From Dimorphilus gyrociliatus (taxonomy: Eukaryota > Animalia > Annelida), in contig CAJFCJ010000006.1 in the NCBI GenBank assembly GCA_904063045.1, positions 2,842,946 to 2,906,945 on the forward strand: a DNA stretch of 64,000 nt. The letters run 5' to 3'. Of this stretch, positions 12,681 to 26,153 are shown in pieces; within the stretch, counting starts at the first letter, position 1; each line of letters starts with the position of its first letter. The notes beneath the pieces are model-generated. The model was not told the DNA's origin and did not search any database. It worked only from the letters and a program-made list of their open reading frames with translations. A program made the position numbers and the translations under genes.

Positions 12681-13745
12681 AGATGTTTTCAGTTGTACCC
12701 TATCGATTATACTTTCAATTTCACATATGTCCGATTAATTCACAATGTACACACATCCTTCACTTGTATGAAACAATATCATTACAATAATATTTCCTAT
12801 GTTTCTATTAATTAAAATTGACTTAAAAAACGTTTAACGTATCAATTATCAAATGATTATCAAATATTGTATAATGAGAACATTTATATATATATATATA
12901 TTAGAGAGAAAGAGAAGTATCAAAGATGTACAAACTAGTTTACTAGAGAAAATACCAGCTACAAGAAGAAATGAAAAAAGTAAACAAAATGTTATGGAGA
13001 CATGGATAGAGTTCCCAACACAACAAGAAGATCTATTTCACATGAGACATTCTTTTCTTTTCGATTATTTTAAAGTAATTACAAAGGTTTTATCAAATAA
13101 ATTCGCAATATAATCGAATAGAAAAAAGTTTTCTTTTACAAAAAAAAAGTCAAAACAAAAAAAGTTGAAAAAAAGTTGAAAAATATTTTAAAAGTTTGAC
13201 TTTTTTCCAGTGGAAATGAATGGATATATAATTATTTCATTTGGGTTCTTTTTTACAAACAATCATATCATAATTCGACAAGTAATAAAAATGATATTAT
13301 AGATTAAAGTATGAAAGCGTGTTCTAGAATAAAACTGTTCTAATTAATGTTAAAAATATTGTACAACATCGATCTACCCGTATAACCTTGATTTCAAATT
13401 CATGAAAAATATATTTTTTAAAAGAATATTCCGCAATAGATAAAAAAGAGAAGAGAATTTTTTTCAAAGTGTTCCATAGTCTGTTTTGCTTTTTAGAAAT
13501 CTCTAACTTTTTTATCATTCTATTCTTTCATTTGTAATTTTTCATTTGCAAACTTGAACAATCAATACAAATTGTCATTAGGGCGGAAAAGAACTGCTCG
13601 ATATGTCATTCTCTTTTACCTACTCATCATTTTCTCTAATGACAAAAGCTTAATTACTTGTTTTATTTAACTCACTTCTACTAATTCCGTACATTCCCTT
13701 AGTTATTACTGTTTATAAATAATCTATTTATTAGCTATTTTTTAC

Positions 13746-13787
13746 CTGTCTCATTCCATAAGGATCTGGGTTGCTATTCGAAGTCAT
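13746..13787 (-). CDS. PAPSS: Candidate PAPSS alternative first exon B (MTSNSNPDPYGMRQ)
   Basis: AAAATG start, 14 codons, CAG|GTAAAA donor, phase 0; a TATA-like element, CCAAT, E-box and GC box lie directly upstream. Confidence 0.6.
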
Positions 13788-13799
13788 TTTTAAAACGAA

Positions 13800-13900
13800 A
13801 TAATTATTTTCAACAAACGCCGGGAATATATAAGCCTGGTTGTCAACCAATAAACGTTCGAATTTAAAATCACGTGATAAAAATAGGTAGGCGGGGTTTG
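13800..13900 (-). promoter_or_regulatory. Core promoter upstream of candidate PAPSS exon B
   Basis: TATA-like TTATATAT on the minus strand (~13826-13833), CCAAT (~13847), TCACGTGA (13870-13877), GGCGGGG (~13890). Confidence 0.5.
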
Positions 13901-15651
13901 TAATATGTAAATTATTTCTCTGAGAATTCCATCAGACTAGAGACGCTTCTAGTTGTTTAATAATCGATCTAGTGACTAAAAAAATTCGGTGATAAGATTA
14001 TTCTGATAAAGATAGTGTAATCGGACACCGTATAGTGAAATAATTTAATATTAGACTCAGATGAGAAAAGCATTAATTAATCCTATAAGTTCAGCCTAAT
14101 ACCAGATTATGCGGATTATGCACTATAAACGTCAGAATACAAAAGTTAACCAAAATTTCAATAATACAAATAACTTTTCAATTAATTGTTTTAAATTTCA
14201 TTTTTAGTGTAGCTCGAGGTGACATCTGTAGGTTTATTAGGGTAAATAAATCTGCGATGCTCTCCCTTAGCACATTATTGAAGAATAAAGTTGACGAAAT
14301 TTTAATATAAGGACACGTTGACTTCTTTTACGTGCAATGAGAGTCGATTTGTACTACTGTACTTTTCTTATCTTAAGTTGGGTTATCGAGGTGTGTTCTT
14401 ACTTTAACAAGAGAATCTTAACAATCTCAAATGGTCAAACATGAGGTACACTTCGATATAACTACAAAATAAATATTCATATAATTATTCTATTTTCATA
14501 TATTATAATCTTTGCATATGCAAATTATCCTATTATAAACATTATCATTAAATCTTACAATTATTACGTACGGTACAATAATACTGTACAAGCTATTCAA
14601 AATTATTATTACTTTATTAACAATATCAACTTGAAGAGAAGCCTAGCAAGAGTTTATTTAATAAATGTGCTATTAATAAATAAATAATATCTAAATCTCC
14701 TTCTAAGCTTATTTGCTAATATACTTAGATTTTACGTTAGCATGATGTTAACAATACGAGATTTTCTTCTCAATAGGACAAGATTTTGCATATTAGAGCA
14801 TGTTTATCGCTACTATATAGAGGATAACAATATGATAAAATTGACTATTTAAAGATACTAAATAAAACATATTAATAAATAAGGCTGTATTTATTATTTA
14901 AGACTATGTTTTACAATATTCTTGATATAAGACAAAGGAGAGGAGGAGAGAAAACTCATTTATTCTTTGGGTACTCTCAAATAAATCTGTTGAATGATAA
15001 AACATCCAGATATTGGATTGAGTGCTAGAGTTACAGCTTCTAAATAAGGACAGATTATAAAATAAGGCCAATTGAGTTATATAAACATTTCTTCGCTATT
15101 ACGTTCAATCTCTCACAACTAATGTCTTAGGTACAGGCTACAAAAGACTGTATTATATATATACAATTCTCTTTTCAACTATAAAAATATTAGTAAAAGC
15201 ATTTTAACATTCTATTGATTGGAAACGGCATATGCGCTTTGTCGAATAAACAATTTTTGAAACAGACATTTTGACATATACAAAGTGAAATAGGAACTTT
15301 AAGACATATTTAAGCTGTCAAATTTATTATACATTTAAAAAATGAAGTTTGTTGGTGAAAAAGTAAGTCTGATACAATTTAAAAAATCAATATTTATATT
15401 CCCTCGGTAGTATATTAAAATATATTTATTGTATATATTCGATCAGAACAGTCAAGAAACTATACGTATTATCGAGAGAACTAATACTCTAACATTTTTT
15501 CCCTTTAATCATGACTGTAACCATATGAAAGCACAATTCAAACAATTCTTTAAATGTTGTTTGAGTCTGTTATATATTTTGTTGTTAAACATATCTCTAA
15601 TTTGTTTCCTTCCATGCAAAACTTAGTTTCTTATTATTTAAAAAATTATAC

Positions 15652-15702
15652 CTGTCTTCTAAACTCAGTAAGGGAGCTTCTGCCCTTTATCGATCCATTC
15701 AT
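15652..15702 (-). CDS. PAPSS: Candidate PAPSS alternative first coding exon C (MNGSIKGRSSLTEFRRQ)
   Basis: AAAATG start, 17 codons, CAG|GTATAA donor, phase 0. Preceded by a 108-nt 5'UTR intron (15742-15849; GTAAGT donor, pyrimidine-rich CAG acceptor), pointing to a TSS head-to-head with MINPP1. Confidence 0.6.
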
Positions 15703-16223
15703 TTTTCCGGTCCGTTTTTGAAGATTTGTATACTACTTTTACTGACGTAGAATAAAAGAAAATATAATATTGATTGAATCAATAAGAGAAATTATTTTTG
15801 TGTATAAACTAGCGGCTCCAAGAGCAGCAGACGAACTTCTGCAACTTACAAAGAGTATCTCTAGAATATGGATCCGCTGAAATCCACTAGAATAATAAAC
15901 TCTATAATTATTCATTTCTAAGTTTATTCTATTGATATTTCCTGAAACAATAGAATGGTGATTACATATCAAGAAGGACCATCTTTATCAGATTACTAAC
16001 TAATTAATAATGCATCGTTAAACAATAAAATTTTGTAATTGTTCAGCTTTTTAATAAATTACTGGTTTAGAAATATAAATCTTGTAATTTTTATCCTTAT
16101 CACCAATTAATATTTGGTAAGGTGAGCAAAATAAACTAAAATCGATAGTATTTGAGGCAATTACTACAAAACATAAATATCATTATTTGTTAGTAGTACC
16201 CATTCACTGCGAGGGTTTTAAAT

Positions 16224-17867
16224 ATGTCTGCTATTGCGCTAATTCTTACATCTCTAGTTTTGAACTTCTCTTTTTCTTTCAGTGTAAAATACTACGGCAC
16301 TAAAACACTCTATGAAGAATCATTTACAAATGAAGAGTGGAAAGAAGTTCTAAAATCAAAACTAGATCATCCAAAAACTTGCCATCCCATATATTTATCA
16401 GCAATATTCCGGTTAGAAACTAATTTGTAAAATTAGAAGCTTTTCTTTGTTAGAAATAGACTAGTTTACAATCTCTCGCATCCATTTAAAACACTTAGTA
16501 CCTTTTCTATTCCATGATTATTTTATGCATTCATTTCTTTTCCTCAAATTGATTTCTATAACTTAATATTCTAATTTCTGTAATATTGTCATTACTATTG
16601 CAGACATGGTACGAGATCGCCCAGTACGTCAGCCACAAAGAAGACGGAAGGCTTTATATCTAGAATTAAATCGTACTATAATAAAATTGGAAGGGATAAT
16701 GCTCAAGGACATGCTGAAAAATTGTTAAACTGGAGCAATCGCTTTTCCAATGTTAAAGATTCTATGTCATTGGCTGAAAAGGGAAGGGAAGAAATGAGAG
16801 ATTTAGCTAGCAGATTCGCAAAACGAATTGAACCTTATATTAATCCAACTGCTTTAAGAATGGCATTTACATCCAGTAATAAAAGCAGATCTATTCAGAG
16901 TGCTGAATCTTTTAGAGAGTCCTTTCTATCATATTATTCAATAAAAGATGAAATACCAGTCCAATTAAGCGATATTCGATTGAGATTCTTCTCTGATTGT
17001 CCAAAACTGCGTAATACAATAGAAAAAAATAAAAATGCACTCAAAGAATATTACAGTTTTCCAGAAACTTTCGCTGCTCAAGAAGTAATAAAAAAGATAA
17101 ATATGGCTTTAAATATTCCTGGTAAGATATACATTTTTCCACAAATTTAAGAATACAAAGTAATATATTGTAACAGCTGATCTCGGAATTCAGAAAAATG
17201 AATTAAAATCGGTTTTCTCTTTTTGCGGTTGTGAAAATGCTGTTTTTGGTCATTCAAAAATTTGCGACTTGATTGAAGAGCATAGAACTGTATTTGAATA
17301 TTTATCAGACTTGAAAGCCTATTGGAGAAATATGTACGGTTATAAATTAACTAGTAAAGTCTCGTGTACCCTTTTAAAGGATATTTTTGAAGATATGCTC
17401 CTTGTTCAGCGAGATCATGAAAGAGGAATAGAGAATTTCGAACAATTACACTTCCAGTTTGGTCATGCTGAAACGCTTATGCCGATTATAGCTGCTTTGG
17501 GTAATAATTTGTATATTTTTCATAGTCCAATATAAATATATATGTATATATATATATATATTTAGGGCTGTTCAGAGATTCTACTCCACTTCGTGCTGAT
17601 GAATTTAAGAAGAATATTGATAGAAAGCTAAGAGTCAGCAAAATTGCACCATTTTCCACCAACTTGGCATTCGTGTTATATCATTGCAAAGATGAAAATA
17701 AAGAGGACTACAAGCTTCAACTACTCTTTAAAGAACGTCCAATTCCATTTCCTGCTTGCGAGTCGGAAATTCTATGCGATTTAGAAAAGGTTTTAAAGTA
17801 TTACCACTGGATTATGAACGAATGCCATAGAAATAGCATGTGCGAAATATTAAGGGATGAATTATGA
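16224..17867 (+). CDS. MINPP1: Multiple inositol polyphosphate phosphatase (histidine acid phosphatase); multi-exon
   Basis: Hydrophobic signal peptide; spliced RHGTRSP (RHGxRxP) across the first intron; FGHAETLMP motif; C-terminal RDEL ER-retention signal. Confidence 0.92.
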
Positions 17868-18072
17868 TGAATCAAAAAAAAAAAGAGGTCAATTGGTTTC
17901 TTTTTAAAAAAAATAATGTTATTTTAAAAAATTAAAGAAACTCGCTGTAGTTTTAAATAGAAGAAGCAATATTTATTTATTAAAAAAATTACATGCTGTT
18001 TGAATATGTATACATGTTACTAATATATTAAACATACCATCACAACTGTACGCAATATTCAAATAAGTTTTT

Positions 18073-18978
18073 CTAAGCTTCAAGGATTGGATCATCTTCA
18101 ATTTTGTAATCGTAATCGACCTTTTCTCCCAAAATGACATCATGTAGATATTTGTTCAAACCTACAGTATGTGTTTTCTGTACACAATCCACAGTTAACA
18201 TATTACTTATCCATTTGCTGGTGTTTGGTAATTTCTTCAGAATTTCCATTTCTTTTATTTCTTCAAAGACGGAGATCTTCTGTATAAAAGGCCAAATATG
18301 AATATCCAACATAGATATTTCATCTCCACCAAAGAACTTCCTATTTGCTATTTCTTTTTCAAAATGTTGAAAACTTTTCATAAAATTTTCTATAGCTTCA
18401 TCAATATTTTGCCCAGTAACGATAGTATGAATTTTTGGGATTACACTGCCGAAGGCATCCATTAGCATTCTTTCGTGATATCTTTGCTTCTTGCAGCTTG
18501 GAATTAGAGATGCCCCTTCATATTCTTCTTCCAAGAAATTATTGCAAACCGCAGATTCGAATATAATATCATTATCTCTTTCAATAGCTGGTACTGTTCC
18601 GAAAGGATTTTTGTCAAAAAACCAGTCTGGTTTATCTTTCAAATTAATGTTAATTACATCGTGTCTGAAACATGGTTATAAGTAATATAATACGTTATTG
18701 GGTCAATAAATCCTGCTATTTATTGCTTACTATTTGAATTCAACGAATAATTGGTACTTACGGGATTTTTTTATGCCATAACACCATTCTAGTTCTTTTG
18801 GCAAATGGACAGTATCTCATATTGTAGAATCTAACTCTTCCTGAGCTGGAAGACGGGAGTTCATCTCCTAATTTTACATGAAGGAAAAACATTGAATTTA
18901 GCAATTAATTCTTTTGTATATTATATCTTCTTGTAAAAATCTAATGATTTTACCTTTCTTTAAGTGTTTAGTATTCAT
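18073..18978 (-). CDS. GSTO1: Glutathione S-transferase, omega class; 3 coding exons
   Basis: MNTKHLKK|GDELP...RFYNMRYCPFAKRTRMVLWHKKIP|HDVININLKDKPDWFFDKNPFGTVPAIE...FESAVCNNFLEEEY; CPFA active site; FFGGDEISMLDIHIWPF. Confidence 0.9.
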
Positions 18979-20770
18979 TTTGCGGGTTCAAATACAAATA
19001 ACTCTGGTTGAATATTTAGGTCTTCTAAAAAAAGAAAACTCATTATCACTTCCAGTATTAATATACAATATATAATGATATTATATTTGTTTTAATAGAA
19101 AAAAAGATGCCCACACATAAGTTAGAAATACTTATGAAGGTATCAATATGTTAGAAAAATTAACATACCTGTTATGGAAGCGTCGTTCAAACTGTTATGA
19201 AAAACCTTTATTACAATATTCGTTTATACCGGTTATCTCCCTAACCAAACTCAAGCGCCATCTATCAAAAACGCTTAAATACTATAGACAGGCGCCGTCT
19301 AACATTACCTTTACCCGAATTTACGCTCTTGTTTTAAGGCTCTAAAATCATTGTTTAATGGTTGAAATTATGTAATTTTTTAACTATTGTTTATTGAAGA
19401 AATATTGCATGAAGATTAAGGAACAATTTTTGAAAATTCCAAGAAATTGCGCAATGTCCTATACTTTGACCCGAGTCCCATATTTTAACCACTGATCCTA
19501 TTTATGAATATTACTGGTGACTGACTCTAACTTTTAACATTCTATGTGCAATGTCATAAGGAATAAGGAAATTCGCCCAAAAAAAAATGGACATATTTAC
19601 AAACTGAATAATAATGTGCTATAATGTGTAAAATAACGTTATAGACCCAGATAAGACTAGGTCTAGTTATCATATTGATCAATCTTCTTACTTACCATCC
19701 AGACTATGTAGGCTGTATAATTTTTATGTGAGAAAATTCGAAGAAAGCAAAGAGAGAGAAGTAGCTGTTAGAAATCTTGTTTGTCTTAGTATATTATGGT
19801 TATTGATAATTCTTTATTAGTTCCATCTACAAGGTATATCTTTCTATCTGATAATGAGTGGTTTTTCTAAAGGGATTCATTCCATTTTGTACTAAGAACT
19901 ATAATAATTTTATGGTGTAAAATGCATATAATTAGTCTTCCTCTCCTGACTTATTTGCATATAATAATAGTGACTCTTTCAAAGATTGCTTTAGATAGTA
20001 AACTTTTCATGTTAGAGATTGTCTAATTTTAATAACAATTGCAATTCAGTCATGATAATGCAAATATTATGAGAAAGAGAAATGTCTAAATGCGTATATA
20101 AAAGTTAAAGATTGATATTGAAGTACACAAGTTTAAAGCCTCTTTCGTCAATACCTTGCATAGAAATTATTTGATTTCTTATGAGGTAGTTATCTATAAT
20201 TATTCATGAATTGATTAATATATTAGTTTTGTTTTTATTACATTCCATAATTCAAATGGTTTGAGATACAATGACGATATGGGGAAAATAAAGTATGGTA
20301 AACTACACAACTCGACTTATACTGTGTATATTGGAAATTTTGACAAATAGATGATTTTATCGGAAGTACCAAATTATGATAATTCTATTGAAAATGATCC
20401 AATCTACAAATACAAAAATGAATAATCCTATATAACCCATTAGAAATAGTATTATTCGACCTAACTAGAATAGAAAAAAGATTGTTCGAAATTTCCTCCT
20501 CTATCCAACGATTCAAGATTTTTCATACAATCTCCTCTAAGCCAGATATTGATATGAAACGGATTACTAAATTAGTACTCAAGTACAAATTCAATTTTCA
20601 TAATTTTCCAATTATTAATTCACTTATAAAAATAAATAAGTAACGACATCTGAAAACTGTTGAATAAATGAATTTATAATAAACTTTAATCTTTTTCTTC
20701 GTATAAAAGCTAGCTTTTTTGTTTTAAGGCTATTTTCAATGAGGTAAAAGTCCATATTTATATTTATTCA

Positions 20771-20827
20771 TATATATACTGTATATATATATATATATAT
20801 ATATTATATACAGTATATAGATATATA
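20771..20827. repeat. (TA)n microsatellite with inverted CTG/CAG interruptions; one of a dispersed family
   Basis: TATATATACTGTATATA...TATATACAGTATATAG; similar loci at 2421, 10171, 44851-44935, 46691, 50551-50615, 56391, 57201 and 59841. Confidence 0.8.
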
Positions 20828-21856
20828 AAGCTCTTTTTTCAATATAACTGCAGATTAAACAGAAGTTTTATTATCGATTTAAACTAGACAGCATAAAGTA
20901 AATGAGAACTTTGTTAAAAATCCATTGGAAGGTGACGATAAGAATACACTATAAGAAAGAAAAACAGGATATTTAATCCGAATGGTCTTATTTTACTAGA
21001 TTAGAATAAGATCGTGGTTAGTAGACTTATGAATATATATATATATATAAGGATTAATTAATAATATCAAGAATTCTCAAATTCTTATGTAGATGGTACG
21101 ATGAGTAGATTGATAGCAGATAGATTAAATGATTAAACAAGAAAGATCTCTAAATCAATTTATAATGCCAGACTGTTTTTTTTTTAAACAAAAAAAGAAG
21201 GAAAAAAAAAGAGAGGTACGATTATATATATTAAAGACTAATAAAGACTTCCATAAGGAGCGTACATCTTTGTTTCTAAAATCGATTGTTTCCTCTAGTT
21301 TGAAAAAAAAATAAGATGATGGGAACACAATAGGCAGTTTATACTTTTTTACTGTATATGTACATAATAGATTATAAGGATCCTATTTGGTGTTCTATAT
21401 AGATAAGATACAAATAGAATTAGAGAGACACAAAGAGGCAAAAGAGAATAAAAACATTGTTGTAATTTGAATTTTGGAATGACTAAGGGTGTATTTCCGC
21501 TTAAATACGGCCTATAAAAGTCATGTACCGAGCATACAAGTAAATTTATATATGCACAACAGCATAGGCCAAAAGCTGCTCTGGCCTAAAAGTTTTGCTA
21601 CAGTATATACATCACTCAACTGGCATATCTCGCCGAGAATCGCTAAGCGGAATAACCTGGCTAAAAATTATTTAAAAAAAAAGGAACAGTAGAAAAATCA
21701 TCTTATCGCTTAAAAAGTTGATTTGTTTTCTAGAGTACAACAATTTCTACAGAAAGAGGAAGATAAAGATCAAAAGAGAATAGCGAAGAAAGAAGGAAAG
21801 AAAGGAGGATTATAAAGAATAAATTACAATTAGGAAGATAGAATAATATTAAAATT

Positions 21857-24800
21857 ATGATGAAATACTTTAAATATCTTCTATTAGCGTTTATGTGCAT
21901 CAGTGTCACTAGCTGCGAAGATGAAGTAATATTCAAGAACGTCCATCAAGGAGAAATACATGAAAAAGTTATAATTGTAAGGAAACAAAAAGAGCTTATG
22001 GCTTTGCCGGATGATTGCAGATTTGGTAAAGTAACACTTTTTGCGGGTTTTTTATTATTATTACTCCATACATAGATTAAAGTAAATGATAATTGCCCTA
22101 TCTTCCATTAGATGGGTATTCTAATTGCTAAAAGAACGTTTAGAGTGCATACAAATATATTGAGCTGTTACGTAATAGTTACATTGTTTCTTTCTTAATA
22201 TTAATTGTTTTTCTATCTTTTTTATACATTGTATAAAAAGATAGCTGCCTGTCTGTAACTTATTTAGATTTATAGCTGAGAGGCAAAATATGTAGGCCTA
22301 AAGGGGGTTTTATTAGTTTATCATTCTTTCTTATCAAACTAGCTACAGGGATTGATATAAGGATTATTGTAATTTTTTTTTACTTTTTTGATAGATATGT
22401 GCCAAGAAACGTCATCTACTGTCGTCGTGGGTGGTCTCGTGGTTAATTGGACCTGGCCTAGAACATCAGGAGGATATAGAGTTAGTGTTAAATGTCCGAA
22501 TTCAGTAAACATTGGTACACCTCCCTTTGATAATCTTCAATATGGCAATAGAACGTGCCTTATGAATAATACAGCATTCTTATGGAGTGACATTGAGGAT
22601 TATAGCGAGTGCCCCGTTTCATCTATCTTTGAGAGGGCTCGTATTTATTATTCTAAAGAAGATTTCCGAACAACCCCGAAAAGTTTAAGTGCTATACACA
22701 CCTTAGACAAGTTATGTTCCATTTTTCGAGAAAACCCTATGCATAAGAAAGACATTGTAGCTTTATGTAGTATATATAAAGATTTATCAGATTACGATAG
22801 CTGGATTAATTTCGACGATGCTAGATACAAATATTTAAAGATTTTTGATTCGTTTAACATCGGTTATAGTTCTGATCGTAATGAAGATGCCGATAGTTCC
22901 CTGTAAGTATAGTCGGATGTTTACGTTTTATACGGTTAATAAGTATCTGAATTAATATTGAGAAATTTACCAGAGTACAGAATATGGAGGCAGATAAAAT
23001 AGATAAATACGACACTTTATTAAGGTAAGTAAACAAGTTGTTTTTGTTTATTTGAAAAATTGAAAGAAAAGGTTAAGGAACGAATATAATTTGTTGTTTA
23101 GCAACGAAGATATTCAGTATGATTTATAGTAAACTATGGAAAAGTTTATAGAGTATTCCATAGGTGCTTTGGTGCATCAGTAAGCAAACTATCAATTGTC
23201 TGTAAAAAAAAAAAAGAACTAACAGCTACGCTAACTTTCTTATACTCTATGATTTTTTCTTTATCCTTTTCTTATGTACATCTTTTGGTCCTCTCTTTCT
23301 CTTTTTCTCTCTCTCTCTCTCTCTTTCTAACTATCATCTATTTCAATTAATTTTCTTCATTTACTAACGTAACTGATAGGCTCTTCGAATCTCTTATCAA
23401 GTTTGTAAAATCGGTTGCCAAGTTAAAGGAAGATATAACAGTAAAAGCAAATAGAACTTGGATAATACACAAAACTGGTACAAATCAAGCAGAGAGCTCA
23501 GATATAAGTTCCACTGTTGCTCTATCTAATCTATTCGACAAAAATCAAATTGATGCAATTCGTAAGTAATGAATATTTATGACTTGTGCTAATATTTATT
23601 TCTTTTTTTAGCTAACTGCTCATTAACAACTGCGATATTTACATCACCAGTTTTTTATAAATCAGCTGGATTGCTTATACCAGAGATTGTACCGGCTATA
23701 TTTGCTAAAAAAGGAGATGAATGCTTATCCGAACAAAGGAAATTACGACTTGAATATAAGATTTTTATTAAAAAGAGTAACGAGTCATTTGTGTCGAGGG
23801 TAAGTTTTGTTTAACCTAATTAAAAAAAGTTTGTAATTTATTCCTTTATTTTTAATTATACAGTATAATTAATTAAATCAAAATAGTATAATTGATTAAG
23901 TATATTGCGATGCCTTTTTTATTATAAGTGTAATTATGTATTCACAAAATACAATATAATTTTCTAAGTACAAAAGGTCAGTAGTTTAGAGGCTGGTCGT
24001 ACCATCTATATAGACTTAGGTAAAAATCTAACAGGATGTTTATTGCGCAATAGACTATCGTTATAATTGTTTTGTTCAATTAGTAATATATTTCTTTCTC
24101 TTTTTTCCTTTCCCTCTCTATCCAACTGTAACGAATTTTAGTGCTCAACGATAAAGTTAAAGAATAATCGGGCAGTCAGATCCAAACCTGGTTTATGCGA
24201 TTCCGATAAAGCTATATGGAAAAATGAACTAGGAGGATATTACGAACACGTTTGCTATTGTGAATTGAATACGGAAGGATCCTATTTCGCATTAGAAGTA
24301 TATTCAATGTTTAAGGAAAGGATTAAGCTAGGAACTTGACTGATTTTATTCTTTTTAATTTTCATTATTCGATTTTACTTTTCTAAATTCTTTATTTTCA
24401 TTTATTTTTTTTTACGCTATAAAATTCTATTCTATAGAGAAATAGTCTTTAATTTTTCTTTCTATAAATAACAATTCATATCAAACCGAACTATTTTTGT
24501 TATATAAAACAAAAAGGAAGAATAAGAGACTTTATTCTTAAAACTCTGAATTTGGCTATATTAGTATATATATTTTCATATATATATATATTCTAATACA
24601 TTTGTAGTATAGTTATAGCCTGCTAGATATAGATTTTCGTTCGGTTTTTATATGATGAGCGACAGTTTTAGTTGAAATGCTTCATCCTTTCCTATAAATT
24701 TTTTACTCTATGATCATTCATGATCTTCTGCAGTGAAACTTTTTCGTTTTTCTACTTTAAAATGCTCTTTTCTTTTTTTTTTATTAATAAAACTGTATAA

Positions 24801-26153
24801 AACATATTTATATCTTTTTTTTGTTTTTACTCTTTAACAGATGAGCGAAATTGAAGGAAAGTTTATTAGACCTACAGATGTTCCGGGTACAGATCATAGA
24901 AGCGGATCTTTATCATCAGTTTTCGTATGTTATATATTTTTAGAATTATATAAATAGTAGAGTTTATATTGACGTCAGTATTATTATTCTATTGCAGAGA
25001 TTCCCTTATTCGGATGGTTTATATTATTTCGAATTGGCTACTAGAATTATATCAATAGCCTGTTTATTAGCAACTTTAGCAACATTCGCTTTATTTAAGT
25101 AAAAGAAAATAAAATAGAGAGGAAAGATTGTCTATTGTTTTTTAAAATATGATTTTTTTGTTCTCCAATAGGAAATTAAGGCAAAGTACGCCTGCAAAAA
25201 TTCTTATTTGTCTATGTATATCCCTCGTTCTTTTGAGCTCAGTCATGTTTATTAGCGAAGGTCTTGTCGGAGTTGGTTTTGGGGTTGGATGTTTAATAGC
25301 GAACGCTTTGAGATTGTATGCAGTATTGTCGTCCTTACTTTGGAATGGGGCTGAGGGCATTAATATGTACCTTATGCTTGTCCAAGTGTTTGATGTTCAT
25401 GTACGATATTACGTTCTCAAAGCAGGACTAGTTGCTTGGGGTCTTCCAATTATAATTATTGGTATAATAAACGCATTTTCAAAGATGTCTCCAGTAGGTG
25501 AATGGAGAAATTGCGTATTCTAGTAAGTACAATAATATGCTTGATAAACTGACTTAATGAAATTTGTGAATCTTATGTAAAATTCCTTTTAAACAGTTGT
25601 ACCTTATCCAAAACTACTCTCTACTTTGGTCTTTTTTTACCTATGGCCATAATAATCATGATCAACTTAATCATCTACGTAAAAGTTGCTAAAGTATTGA
25701 GAGAGCACGCTAAATTACGTAAAAGTAAGTATTATTGACCTTTTTCATGTTTATAGATTATTTAATGGTATTCTCTTTTTTAAATTAGCCAAAACTAGCG
25801 AGACTCGTAGTGAAAGAAAAGAGAAAGTTATGCGATTTCTTGGTGATGTCGCCATGTTATTTCTCTTAGGAATACCTTGGGTATTTAGCGCTTTCGGCTC
25901 TATAGATTCAACTGGAATGCCAAATTTAGAGTTTATGGAAGGAATATTTAACATCTTCTATATATTACTGTTGAATTTACAAGGCCTCTTTATATTCATC
26001 TTTCATTGTTTACGAGTACCAGAGGTAAGAAATTCCTGGACAAGCTTATTTTCGAGTACATCAAGCGGTGGAAGAGATACAAGATTATCGAAAATATCTT
26101 TGTCAAGATTAAAGCATAAAAGACAGAGTGAGGATAAAATTCCCAAGATATAA
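21857..26153 (+). CDS. Adhesion GPCR (signal peptide, hormone-receptor-like domain, GAIN-like region, degenerate GPS, secretin-type 7TM); ~10 exons
   Basis: Signal peptide MMKYFKYLLLAFMCISVTSC; C...WTWPRT...C...C...W...C HormR pattern; 7TM segments TFALFK|KLRQSTPAKILICLCISL, SLLWNGAEGINMYLMLVQVF, AWGLP, NLQGLFIFIFHC. A phase-compatible exon chain was traced by hand. Confidence 0.85.

Noticed and set aside
20219-20636. Two adjacent ~70-codon frames that look like a decayed gene
   Set aside because: Frames this long are expected many times by chance in 64 kb of this composition; no recognisable domain.
23102-23180. Possible microexons in an adhesion GPCR intron
   Set aside because: The flanking exons already join in phase without them, and the evidence is only splice-like dinucleotides.
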